Source: Catajapyx aquilonaris (lineage: Eukaryota). From it: a DNA stretch of 29,286 nucleotides. Under the pieces are notes generated by a model that saw nothing but the letters and a program-made list of their open reading frames with translations, was not told the origin of the DNA and searched no databases. Below are positions 1 through 10,784 of this stretch, piece after piece. Every line of letters starts with the position of its first letter. The first letter of the stretch is position 1. The stretch spans positions 62,001-91,286 of the forward strand of contig JYFJ02001100.1 of the NCBI GenBank assembly GCA_000934665.2. The letters are read 5' to 3'. A program made the translations under genes and the position numbers.

Positions 1-174
1 CTGGTTTATCTGGCAAAAATGACATGGCAGAAGAAAATTACGGATTTTTTTTTGGCCCTAAGTTATGGGTGAGCTAATTTTGTATGTTTGTGGATAGTTT
101 CATTAATCAGTATGCAGTAGTGTGCATCATAAGCATATGAAAGCAGATAACTTGTGTATTCATTACAAAATTGG

Positions 175-253
175 GATTTTGCTATAACAGACCTCAGTTA
201 TAACACTGTTTTCCGCAGTCCCTTTAAGTCTGCTATATCCGGATTCGACTGTA
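175..253. mobile_element. Right end of a pogo/Tigger-like MITE remnant
   Basis: Ends ...GCTATATCCGGATTCGACTG|TA (reverse CAGTCGAATCCGGATATAGC) with sub-terminal gctataac/gttataac repeats; matching left TIR not seen. Confidence 0.4.
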
Positions 254-423
254 TTTACCAAGTTTTGCGGCTTCAACTCATTCAAATTGTTAAAATGAGG
301 AAATGTTGCTTTTTTCTACCTATTAAAAAATGGAAAAAAACCATACTAGCATCATAGGACCATGTGGAAAAATGTTCCAGTTTCACAAAGGAGTTTTTTT
401 GTTACTGTTAGGATGGATCCTAA

Positions 424-541
424 GGGTGGAATTTCCATCCCACTGCTAGTTGCTGCTAACTTAGCAGTACCAGTGTTGGCAGTGATACTGCTAAGTTAGC
501 AGCAGGTAGCAGTGACAAGCAGTGGGACAAAAATTCCACCC
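424..541. mobile_element. PIF/Harbinger (Tourist-like) MITE, near-fully palindromic
   Basis: TIR GGGTGGAATTT...AAATTCCACCC with 3-bp TAA duplication (421-423, 542-544) in a C-TAA-G target; internal arms tgctgctaacttagcagta / tactgctaagttagcagca are exact reverse complements. Confidence 0.75.
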
Positions 542-1752
542 TAAGTGAATAAGTGCATCCTCATGCTTGTTGATAAAGTTTTTAAAAGTAAGACTATTCG
601 CTTCGTGGCATAATGATTAGCTTCAAAGGCTGTATATTAACACCATGCTACTTATCCAAAAGGTGACTGGCCTTCTGTACAGTTTCCTTACATAAAACTT
701 CTTCATAGAGGACTGAACGTAGTTGCAGCCATAATGCAATGTTCCAGTCCCATTATTACAATTGCAACAAAACATTTCTTTGGCAGTGAAAGTTCATAAC
801 TCAGTCATATGATTGACAGTCAAGTGGGATAAACATTGGGCTTAATAATACTTGTATGTATGTAGTCTAGTCTCACTACTATTTCTGATCATCTCAATAT
901 ATTAATCCAGTACTTATGCTCAGAGCATATCTCTTTCATGTGTGTCTCGGCGACACATAAATAAATTTTATGTTCAATAGATCAGTTGCACTTACAAATT
1001 CATAGTGACTGCCACTTTGTTTGACAAATTATAGATAAACGTGGAAAATTGCCTCCCACCAACATATTGGTTCTGAGTTCTGAACTGTGTCAGGGCTAGT
1101 CTTGAACCAGGAAAATGGCTGTGCTGCAAACTTTGAATTCTGCCACCCATTGTCATGAATTGGGCACAGCCATAAAAGGTTTAAAATAGACATTCTTTAC
1201 ACCAAAAGCAGCTGCAGAATACTTTTCTGTCTGCAGAGCAATTTTTTGTGGAAGAGGGAGATCCCAAGGTCAGCAAACAATCCCACTTCTGTCTGAGTGT
1301 TCATAGCTGCATTAATGATATTGTTATGCACTTGTATTACTACATATCCATACATTGTCTAGGAGCACAACAAATGTGTATGCGTGAAGGAGACAAACAT
1401 CAGAGATCCGGGTTCCTCATCTAGAAAACTATTACAGTGTCATATCAATATTTTGCCTGATTCACAGTGTTTATGTTTCTCAGTGGCTTTGAGGCTTGGC
1501 CCAGTGACCAAATCAGGTCAATGGGAAACATGACAGGTGGGAAATTTACCCTGCCAGTGCAAATGAACATCACTTGCAGGTTTTGGGGTTAATCCAACCA
1601 GACCAAATGGCAGGGCCACCTACCAGTGCACGTAGCACACATGAAAAATAAGAGCACCAGGAAACAGTTTAGTTAACAAGCAGACCTGTCATGAGAAATG
1701 TGCCAAGTACCTATTATTATTCATAAGCCTATATATAACACTCCTGTAGTAC

Positions 1753-2369
1753 CTTGCAAAGACAACATGTCACTGCCAACCCTATCCGCTGCATCCCCAA
1801 ATGCAGAGTGAAACTGACTGATGTCCTGGGCCATCTGATAGTTATCCAGCACGCCCGCACCAGCTTCCATCCCATCCACACTCCCGTCATGCTGACTTGG
1901 ATTTGGACTTGGGGACTGCTCAATCTCGTATGCGCTTATGTCCGGCTTGGTTATAACATACGGGATTCCTGCAGCCTCGTCCATCATGGACACTTCCTCC
2001 GGCCCTTCTAAACTTGCCCTGAGACCCCCAGCTGTGAAGGCCTGCTCCACAATGGGACGAACCAGGTGGTAGTAAGGCCAGTGTGCTGGGTTGAGACCCT
2101 GTTGAGACGCCTGAAGTAGTATCTGGCGGTACTCCCGCTTCAGTCTTTTCATCCGCTCCTTCACTTGCGACGAACTGCGAAGGAACCCAAGCTTTCTGAG
2201 GTCCTCCGACAGGATCTCGTAGGCCCGGGCATTGCGAGTGGACCCATCCATCAGTTGTTGGACCCTGTCTGTGCGCCATAGCCGGATGAGAGCAATAGTC
2301 TCCCGGTGGTTCCAGCGAGTGCCAGTACCCATCGGGGATGGTGACTTTCCAGGAGTCCCTATGTTGAGG
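1753..2369 (-). CDS. Coding exon of a trihelix Myb/SANT-like DNA-binding domain protein (Myb_DNA-bind_4 / MSANTD-like); probably one exon of a larger gene
   Basis: ORF 1721-2332 reads RWNHRETIALIRLWRT...RNARAYEILSEDLRKLGFLRSSSQVKERMKRLKREYRQ...HWPYY. This matches the W-x-x-x-E-T-x-x-L-I-x-x-W / R-S-x-x-Q-x-K-x-R-x-K-x-L-K-x-x-Y-R / W-P-Y-Y trihelix pattern. A minus-strand acceptor (tttcag, AG at 2371-2370) lies 37 nt upstream of the ATG with an open frame. A donor (caag|gtacta, GT at 1752-1751) follows LSLQ. If unspliced, the ORF ends at 1721. Confidence 0.8.
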
Positions 2370-2453
2370 CTGAAATTACCAGCGTAATTACCAAATTTGC
2401 CCTGGTGTATTAATTTCTCTACGTATTTATTTGCACTGTGCTACATGTCTGTG

Positions 2454-3425
2454 TGTAAATGGGGGCGCGTGACACGTTTGAACCACCCGGGGCGCCCAAC
2501 CTGGCAACCCAGCATTTCCGTCCAAATCCGGCAACCTCGCACCTCCTACGTCACAACCCACCCACTTCCCTCCCTCCCCTCCCTACCCCCGAGGTGTCAT
2601 GGCCGCCCCTCTCAGGCCTAGCCCCCTTTCTCTCTCCCTGGTGTCCGCCCCTGGTCTGAGCCCCCGACCTGACCTGGAATGCAGTGCCTGGTGCGCTAGG
2701 AAGTGGTGCCTGAACTCCCCTGGCGCTGCGGCCGATGAGTGCGCGGCGTTCCCTTCCAGCGTACGGGGTGGCGGGTCGGGTCGGGCTGGGCAGGGGGAGA
2801 GAGGCTGGCTGGTGGCAGCAACGGGGCTTGAGCCTGGGTTGCGAGTGGTGCGGGCCCCCGGGATCAGGCAGGGGGAGCTAGAGAGAGAGCAGCAGCAGGC
2901 AGGGACGAGGGGAGGAAGGGGGGGGGGGGGTGGGGCTTGCGTGGCAGAGAGAGAGAGAGAGAGGATGGGAGGGTGGGGGAAGGGTGCAAGGATGGAGGGG
3001 TTCGTGGTGGGGTGGATGTAACGCTAGTGCGGGGCCGCCAGGGGGGTGGCTTGGCCACGGGGCGGGTGGTGGGTGGAGAGGGAAGTGGGGGAGGGGATGG
3101 GGGCTACCCTTCCACCCCCTCTACCCCACTGTCGGCCCCCCCCGACCCTCCCACCCCTCAAAACATATAGCGGCCACGGGCCCACCCCGGGCAGGGCAGA
3201 TCGATGGAGAGCAGCCGCTGGGGGCGGGGTAGCAACCCAGCCATGGTGGGAGGCACACGGAGGGGAGAGAGAGAGAGAGGGAGGGTGGGGAGGGAAAGAG
3301 CTTGGGCTTGCCTGGGCGAAGGTCGGGCGGCACTACCCACTGCATAATACGCACGGCCCCAGCACTCCCCCTGAAGGCTGGCCCTTACCAGAATAATAAA
3401 GATGCGACCCACTCTGTCCTTTACA
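2454..3425. repeat. Very GC-rich low-complexity block with G-runs, C-runs and (GA)n tracts
   Basis: Abrupt compositional shift; dense GGG+ runs at 2760-3100 and 3190-3330; (GA)n at about 2880, 2946 and 3265; overlapping G/P/R-rich ORFs in most frames. Confidence 0.7.
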
Positions 3426-3462
3426 TACTGTTCGGTCTTGTCCAGTACGTGGTATTGTCTAT

Positions 3463-3745
3463 GGAATGCCTCGGGATTACCCCAGCGCGTAGCGCTTTCT
3501 CTGCACTACCACCTGATTATCAAGGACTTCCACTGGACTTCCCGGGATTACACTCGGACTTCCTCGGGATTACCCCAGGGCTATCCCTATACATTACCAC
3601 CGCGGATTATCGAAGACTGCCCGGGACTTCCTGGGGTTTACTCTAGGAATTTCCGCGGGATTTCTCACGGACCTCCTCGAGATTGTCCTTGGACTTCCTT
3701 GGGATTACTTTAGGACTTCCCGTGATTTCCCTAGGATTGCCTCTT
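3463..3745. repeat. Degenerate 10-12-bp minisatellite, consensus GGA(C/T)T(T/A)CCY
   Basis: More than 20 units such as ggacttccact, ggacttcccg, ggattacactc, ggacttcctcg, ggattacccca, ggacttccttg, ggattacttta. Confidence 0.75.
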
Positions 3746-3756
3746 GATAGATGAGT

Positions 3757-4096
3757 TTCCGTTATGTCGGACATTTCACTGGGGAAAAAAGATAGGAAAT
3801 GTCCTAGTTGGTGCCCCAAGTTCGTTACGCTTTTCGAACGCAGGATTCGTTGACCCCACGGCCAACTTTTCGGCGTCGTGGCCGTTTTGAGTCCTGTGCC
3901 GGTTTGATGAAGTTGTGAAATGGGCTTTAATTCCGGTATGGACAGGCTTTAATTCCGGTATGGACAGGCTTCCGTAATGGCCCTAAAAATAATGCTAGTT
4001 TCCGTATTATACAGGTTCCGGTATGTCGAACAAAAACACAGCGAAATCCTCTTGCTTCCGTGACATCCAGGGTCCGTTATAAGCAGGTTTTATTTA
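3757..4096. mobile_element. Degenerate DNA-transposon/MITE remnant containing an exact 22-bp tandem duplication
   Basis: Recurrent TCCG(T/G)TAT motifs at about 3758, 3932, 3954, 4017 and 4073; GGCTTTAATTCCGGTATGGACA x2 at 3923-3966; no intact TIR pair. Confidence 0.35.
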
Positions 4097-7000
4097 TCCC
4101 GAGCTGCCAGCACTAGTAGTGTGGACATCATTACTGGGCGGTTCATACGGTAACTCATAATCGGTCAGTAGAGCGCCGCACTAATATCGTATTTCACGCC
4201 TGGCTATCACATGAGTGCGTGCAGCTAATGCAGACCTACATACCACAAAAAAAAAGTATGTGCAAATACGTCTGGCGATAACACATTCGTCGAAAAACTG
4301 TATATAACGGATCTGGCATTTAGGCGAAAATGACACTGTGTATTAATAGAATGATGTATTAATATTGCCTTAATATGCCTATTAATTATTATTAATAACC
4401 GTTGTATTAATAGATTTACTATTCCAAAAAATTTAAGGGCAAGGCCACAGGGCAACTTGAGATGCCAGTGCTTAACATACCGATTCAGACCAATTAAGAG
4501 CGTCCTTAAAATAAACCAGGGGTCGCCCTCTCGCGAATTTCATATTGATTGCCAATACTAGCGAGTTAAGGATTGTCGGCTAACACTGTAGCCTATAATG
4601 TCCCCATTTATTTTGTCGAAGTGTATGACTGACAGTTGTCCTCTTTTCCCCCTACATTTCTAGGTCGAGTTTCCACTAATTTTTGGGGACACTTCCGACC
4701 CGAGCCGCCATCTGCACCTACACTACGCATTTACACTACTACACGTCTGGTCATTATTATTTGTCCAACATTTTAACTGCCAGCTAAGAGCCAAGTTAGC
4801 TCTTAACGGCCAGTTATAACCGATTGGTCCGCCTTTAATTATGCAAATTTGCAGGTGGACTCACTTTTACTTGTAGGAAATCACGCAATAGGTTGTGCGA
4901 ATGTCACCAATGGATCTCAATTATTATTTACTGAGTCGTAGTGCCTTGTGTAATTACTATGAATAAAATAATTATGACAATGTTTATCGAGTGTATGACT
5001 TCCAGCAGCGACATCTCTGGGCCACGTCAACTACTGCATGGTTCAGTGCCATCGTGTGTCTGGAAGCTGAACCTGGTGAAATTGCTGGTGTTTGGTGGCG
5101 CCATCTCTGCAGGCCCGCGGACATAATTAATACGGTTTCGAAAGTACTGTAATTCCGAAGCGGTCCGTTCTAATCACCGTAATGCACGTATTGTTGTTGC
5201 AGCTTGTCAGCACATGCAATGCCCTGCCCATACATTAACAGCGTGTATTTGATGTACCTCTTACAAATCCTGGAAATATTTATTTACATACTTGATTATT
5301 TGATAGCAATTAATTTGCGAATTTGACTAATTAATGAGCTTGCAAGGTGAACGTACACAGTGTGCGTAGGCATCAGCCAGGCTACTGACCAGCCACTCAC
5401 CTTTTGCACCGCCCACAGTATTGCAAATGTGTTCAGGTTTTTAAAATATAAAAAAAAGTCAAACATTGCCCAATTCCCGTTGCCAACCTTGAAATTTTGG
5501 GATCCGCCAAACAGGTTAGATCGCCCTGTAAAAAAAACTGTGCGAATCTGTAAAAATTTGTGGAGGAAAATTGGCTGCAATTTGCACCCCCTGACCTTTT
5601 GAAGCTACCTGGAATCTGACATCGGTAACGGTGCTTATGATTTGTATGGTCGATACGGTGGTACGGTACACATCGTGTCTCGAGTGTGGACCGAAGGCGA
5701 TGGAGAATAAGTGAAATCGAGCTTGTTTTTCAGTCACGATCCGAAAATGGAGTTGGGTATGTTCAAGTGGCAATACCGCGTGGGAAGGGATGATTACAAC
5801 CTTAGTGCCAAACGTGCTGGGTGGGGTTGCTTGCCAACGAACACACTCTTTGCCACGCCCCGTCACCACCTCTTCTTTGTCCGCGGTGAGTCATCACTAA
5901 TGCGCGCCATCTATGTGAGAAACATGGTGCTAAGTCCACAGTCGGGGTTTTAAATAAGTTCATTTCATATTTATTGCATTTTTAGCGAGTGCAATAATCA
6001 AGTGCAATAATGGTCATGGACCATGTTCCTGAAGTTGAGAAGGACACGAGTGTTTCACTTCCTGCTACACCCATACCTCTGCATTCCAGGCCGTCGTAGC
6101 GTGTCATATCAACAGGCGCAGACCGTCGTGATTTGCTCTCTCACACAGCACATTCCGCTCCACCATTTTTGTCGGACACTACTTTCACACACACCTGACA
6201 CGCGCCCATTTTTTTTCCAAATGTGACGAACACCCTTAGGCTGCTTCATTCCGGAAGTCAAATAAAACCTCGCTTTTTATTACTAATCGGGATCGATCGG
6301 TACCGTTACACACTCGGGGCCAAATTCTTGGGACGATTATTTGGATTGGGGGGCACACTATCCATGGCTTCAAAATTGCTCGGTTTTTGTAGCAAGGTGT
6401 GTGTATGTGATGGGATAATAACATGAGGGAGTTGAGCAACATTTTTGCCCGCGCACTGATTAGCGGGTGCCAGAGGTGAAAGCGAAATCGCTCTATCTGT
6501 CGTGCGAAATCACGGCGGATTTTTTCTAGAGGTCTTTGACTTTGCATATTGTAAGTTGTGTAAAATAAATAAATAAAATTAAATAATTTTATATTACAGG
6601 TAAGTATGAGCAATTGTTTATTACTGTTCACGGCACCTAGTCATGGCGGATTCACCGAATGACACCTCACCTTTCCGGTCGCGGTTACCCAATCGTTATG
6701 CAAATAATGTTCGTGACAACATTTCTTTCCTACACCTACACATGTTAAGAACTAGATTTTTCTTTCTGGCCCTCCCTTTTTAGTGTGGTGCCAAAGTTGC
6801 TTGGAGATGAAGAGTGGAATCTGTGGTCAAGGCTGCTGCTGGGCTGCAGCAGAGGGCGTTGACTTGCATCCCCAGCAGACCTCCAGAGATATCTCCTTTC
6901 CCCTGGAAAAAGTAGCACATCGAGCTCTGTGTCTGCGCCGAGAAAGACCTACATCTCTCATACACACACATTGGACCATAAATTGTACAGTCCTCGACAA

Positions 7001-7319
7001 TATACTGATAAAAGCAGTTGAAATTTTTTTGCCGAATTTGTCCAACTCAAATTACGCAAAAACAATCTTATAATTGTTTAAGTTTTAATCGTTTTGTTGT
7101 AATTATTAGTCAAGTCACACACATACTGTAAATCAGATTTTCTCTTGATTTTTCGGGCAATTAAGCAGATGCATGTTAATTGTTTCACCAGTTGTCTAAG
7201 CAATTAGTTTGGTCAGCGAATTGTAAGCTGATTTGGTCAAGTGTGTCCTTTATATACTCACCTGCGCGCATGCTCACATCCAGTAGAGTTGGGGGGTGGC
7301 CAGGTAAGGCTTGTGGAAC

Positions 7320-7488
7320 AACCGGTTTGGGGGAAGGGCCCACCGAATCATCGATATGGAAAGTGTTTCATGACTCTCAGATGGAGTAATGCAGTCAGTC
7401 GCCTGCTGAGGTCCGACTCAATCAGGACAGTTTTTTTTTAAAGGACATTGTTGCAAAAGGACTTTCGCTTTGGACTATACAGGTAAGT
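7320..7488 (+). promoter_or_regulatory. Candidate core promoter and first non-coding exon (about 7397-7482) of the pot-like gene
   Basis: Arthropod Initiator TCAGTC at 7395-7400; GGACA at +29 (DPE-like, one base off the canonical position); consensus donor cag|gtaagt at 7483; no ATG in the exon; perfect Grainyhead site AACCGGTT at 7320-7327. Confidence 0.4.
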
Positions 7489-10029
7489 GAAAGCCTCCCA
7501 ACTTTCTCTTTTTTCTATGCAATATTTCGGAAGCAGATTTTAGCGCAATGGTATTTGGTTGATTGGTTTTTCCCATGGTATGTGTATATACAGACCAAAC
7601 GGGATGGGGGCAATCGAAGGTGAAAACTCGCCATTTCCTCTGTCCGGGGAGTGTAACTTCCTCTTCCGCTTGTACTTTTCTGAGCTTTCAGTTGCATTTC
7701 TTTCTGTGCAAAACCTCTCCAAATGTGAAAGCTATACATGTCAGGCTAACAGGAACCTCCAACAAGACGCTTTGTTCCCAGCACGAATTGTCAATACTTT
7801 ATTACTGCAACAATGACTTGAACGAACGAATGAAGCACGAATATTCACAGATGATGTCAGGTTTAAATGCAACAATGTAATTGTTTAGCACGGTAGCCGT
7901 GTCAGGTGCACGTTTTAGGACGATGCAACGCGTGTTGTCTCAAGTTTTTCGATTTTTCTGAGAGAAAAACATACCTCTTCTTTTGTTGTGTGCATCCGCA
8001 TAATGTTTGGTGGCACGGGGCGCATCGACTCCGGCTTATCTCGTCTGCTATTAGACAAGGTCCAGGAAATTTCTGTGATGATACGGTTATGGTGATGGGT
8101 TCTCAAAGACGCGTGCTCGCGGACGTGCTTCGGACCTTGTTTTCAATTTCGTCTTTTTTTATAACTATTTTTCGTCGGTCTTATTGTCTGGAGCCATTGC
8201 GGTCATGATGGAAATATAGTACAAATCTGACTGGAATCTGTTGAAATATTTGTTGAGGTACGCCTACATTAGAGGTTAAATTTGCCATTGCCCATGCAAA
8301 AATTCAAATTGCACAATTTCAGCCAGGTGTAATATGTTTATTGACATTGTACTGGGTGTCACCAGGTGTCACATATGCCATGGCTTAAAGTCGAATTTGT
8401 TCAATCCCTGCAAGGAGACGAAGGTGTTTGTTTTCACGGCAGTTCCCTCCAGAAGGTGGTGATGTGTTAAATCATTTGTTGCGAACCTCCCTGGTTGTTG
8501 GTCACAGCTGTTGCCCCCTCTTCGTGTGTCTCGGTTCCAGCCGACAGACAACGCGCGCTCAGGTCGTGTGCGTGTCACATAAGCTGGAAGAAGAAGACTA
8601 TGTTGATCCGCTGCCCTCGGGAAATGTGGTCGGCTGATCCCAGCTGGATCAACAGGAAGATGCTTCCGCCCAACCTCTGCCCAAGGAAGGCCAGAAACAA
8701 TAACAACCGTCGTACCAAAGGATCACGATCCTACCGTGTAACGGTGATACCCCCAAATACTCACGAGCAACTCGCATGGGAGATTCATAACTTTTTTTTC
8801 CCTGATACGCTTCAGGTACTGGTCATCATTATTATATATTTTTTGCGAAGGTCAATCCTTGCAATATGCGAATTCTAGTAGGATAGGTTAGTTATCCAAC
8901 GGTGGCCGCTTATTCGAATCAGTCACACGGGGCAAAAGCACGGGTTGTCCTCGATTCCGTGGTTGATTTTTTGCGACAATTTGCGGTGTGATTTCCTTAT
9001 CACACGTTACACTTTTTGCCAAGCACTTTATGAGAAATGATTTTTGCAGAGAGCATATATGCGAATATTGACCTGATATTTGCGTCAACAGGTTGCTGGA
9101 GTAAACACCCGCTATCTTCCCATTTTAAAGTGGAAACCCGGCAAAGTACATCGTCCTAAGTATAAATTCCGCGGTGCCTGTCAGCTTTTCCCACAAGCAT
9201 TAGCGCCCGTTTTGCCGGCGTTGTTTCGCAAATTTGCCATGACCGGTGTTTACTTTGGCAATATTGTGGGCTGGGGGAGGGGGTTTTACAGCCCTATTGT
9301 GCTCAGCAGTCCGAAATTCTTCGGAGAGCTGCGTTAGGCTCGGTTGGAATCGAGAGAATTGCGATGTGGCGGATTTTACGTCACCGTCCTGGTTTTAAAT
9401 CCGGTTTTTTGCCGACCCCGCCGACGCAACCGCAACACCCCCCAAATAAGGCCATGCAAAAGGAGTTGACAGGGTCAATCAATCTTACTTTTGAATCTCG
9501 GTTAGAAAATGCACGCCTTTTCAAATCAATTCAAAGAGAGTGGTTAATTAAATTTAAACGGCGTTTAAGCCAGACCGCGTCTTTGAATTCCGACTTACAA
9601 TAGTGTTGACCACTGAGCAAAATTACAGCATTGAAGGGTAGGCATTATTTTTGAGCCTGTGCTTCAGGGGGGCTTCAGTCCCAGGTAGGAGTGACCTGCG
9701 GGGTATTCTGAGGTCACCGGTCTGTTGGGCGTGGACGAACTTGGCAAGTCTTCTTCTTTCTTGCTTGATATTTTTCTTCTTTCCTTCTCCACCTCCAGAC
9801 CACCCACACCAACGCCCACCTGCGACCTCAAGGACGTTGAGAAACAATCCGTTTCTTTTTTACCTGCTTCCCAATCAAGGTGACCACTACCCACGCCAAG
9901 TGGGTTCTCTCTGCTCACGACGGTACCACACCGTTAAGCCAAAAGGTACACAACCTGGAGGAGCCAAACCTACTGGTTCAAACCTGACGTTTTAATGTCT
10001 CTTATTACTGCGCGAGAGGCGAGCAGTTG

Positions 10030-10250
10030 TCGGTGCATTGCAGGGTTCTTGACATCCAGGGAGGGTTGGTTATCAGCATCGGAATCAGGGGTAAAGAAGT
10101 GAGGTTATGAGGATGAAATGATGCGGATTTCCAGTTCCGAGAGGCTGCCTTCGTACATCTCCAGAAGAGGGGCTTAATTGGCAAGGGAGATGATAACCGA
10201 TTGTTGAAAATTGGCTCTGAGCTGATGGGGATCAATAGTAGTGCATGCGT
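10030..10250 (-). mobile_element. Probable I-clade non-LTR retrotransposon ORF2 fragment (RT to RNase H linker)
   Basis: Minus-strand peptide PIFNNRLSSPLPIKPLFWRC...IPMLITNPPW resembles the F-x-N-R...P-x-x-x-R...PPW linker of I/Nimb elements; no catalytic motifs visible. Confidence 0.35.
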
Positions 10251-10749
10251 TGCTGTCTAAATCACTTTGACTGTTGTGTTCTTCCCTTCAATTAGAGTCC
10301 AGTACTTTCAAATGACTTAATAACACACTTGAAGGAAATAAATGACGCTGGTTTTTCACCAAAGGTTCATAGAACCATGGAGATAATTTTTAAAAATATT
10401 TTTATGTCAGTTAATATACGCGATGCTTATTTGCAATATTTCAAAAAAAGATTGCTATGAGAATATTAACGACAAAGGCTAGTAAATTGTAACATATACT
10501 ACAACGATTTATTTATTTACAGACGATCACAATTACACCCTTACGTGAGTGAATGTACTCAGGTGTTTTGTTGGTGTATATCGTATATTATACATGTTTG
10601 TTTGTTTGTTTATTTATTTATTTACTTATATATTTTACTTACTTAATTATTGTTTGCCCTCTTATATCATCGTAGGTCGTCAGATGAATTGGATTGAAGT
10701 ATCGAATAATAAATTGAACCAAGAGAAATATACGATTCTACTGAAATGC

Positions 10750-10784
10750 TTTTTACTGTAGTAGGCCCCCTACTACAGTAAAAA
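10750..10784. repeat. Perfect 16-bp-arm hairpin
   Basis: TTTTTACTGTAGTAGG-CCC-CCTACTACAGTAAAAA. Confidence 0.85.

Noticed and set aside
2397..3713. Stack of overlapping G/P/R-rich ORFs (66-140 aa)
   Set aside because: By-product of GC-rich low-complexity and minisatellite DNA; no domain or consistent splice frame.
8369..8878. GC-richer segment with ORFs up to 127 aa
   Set aside because: No recognisable domain, stops in the most coding-like frame and no convincing exon boundaries.
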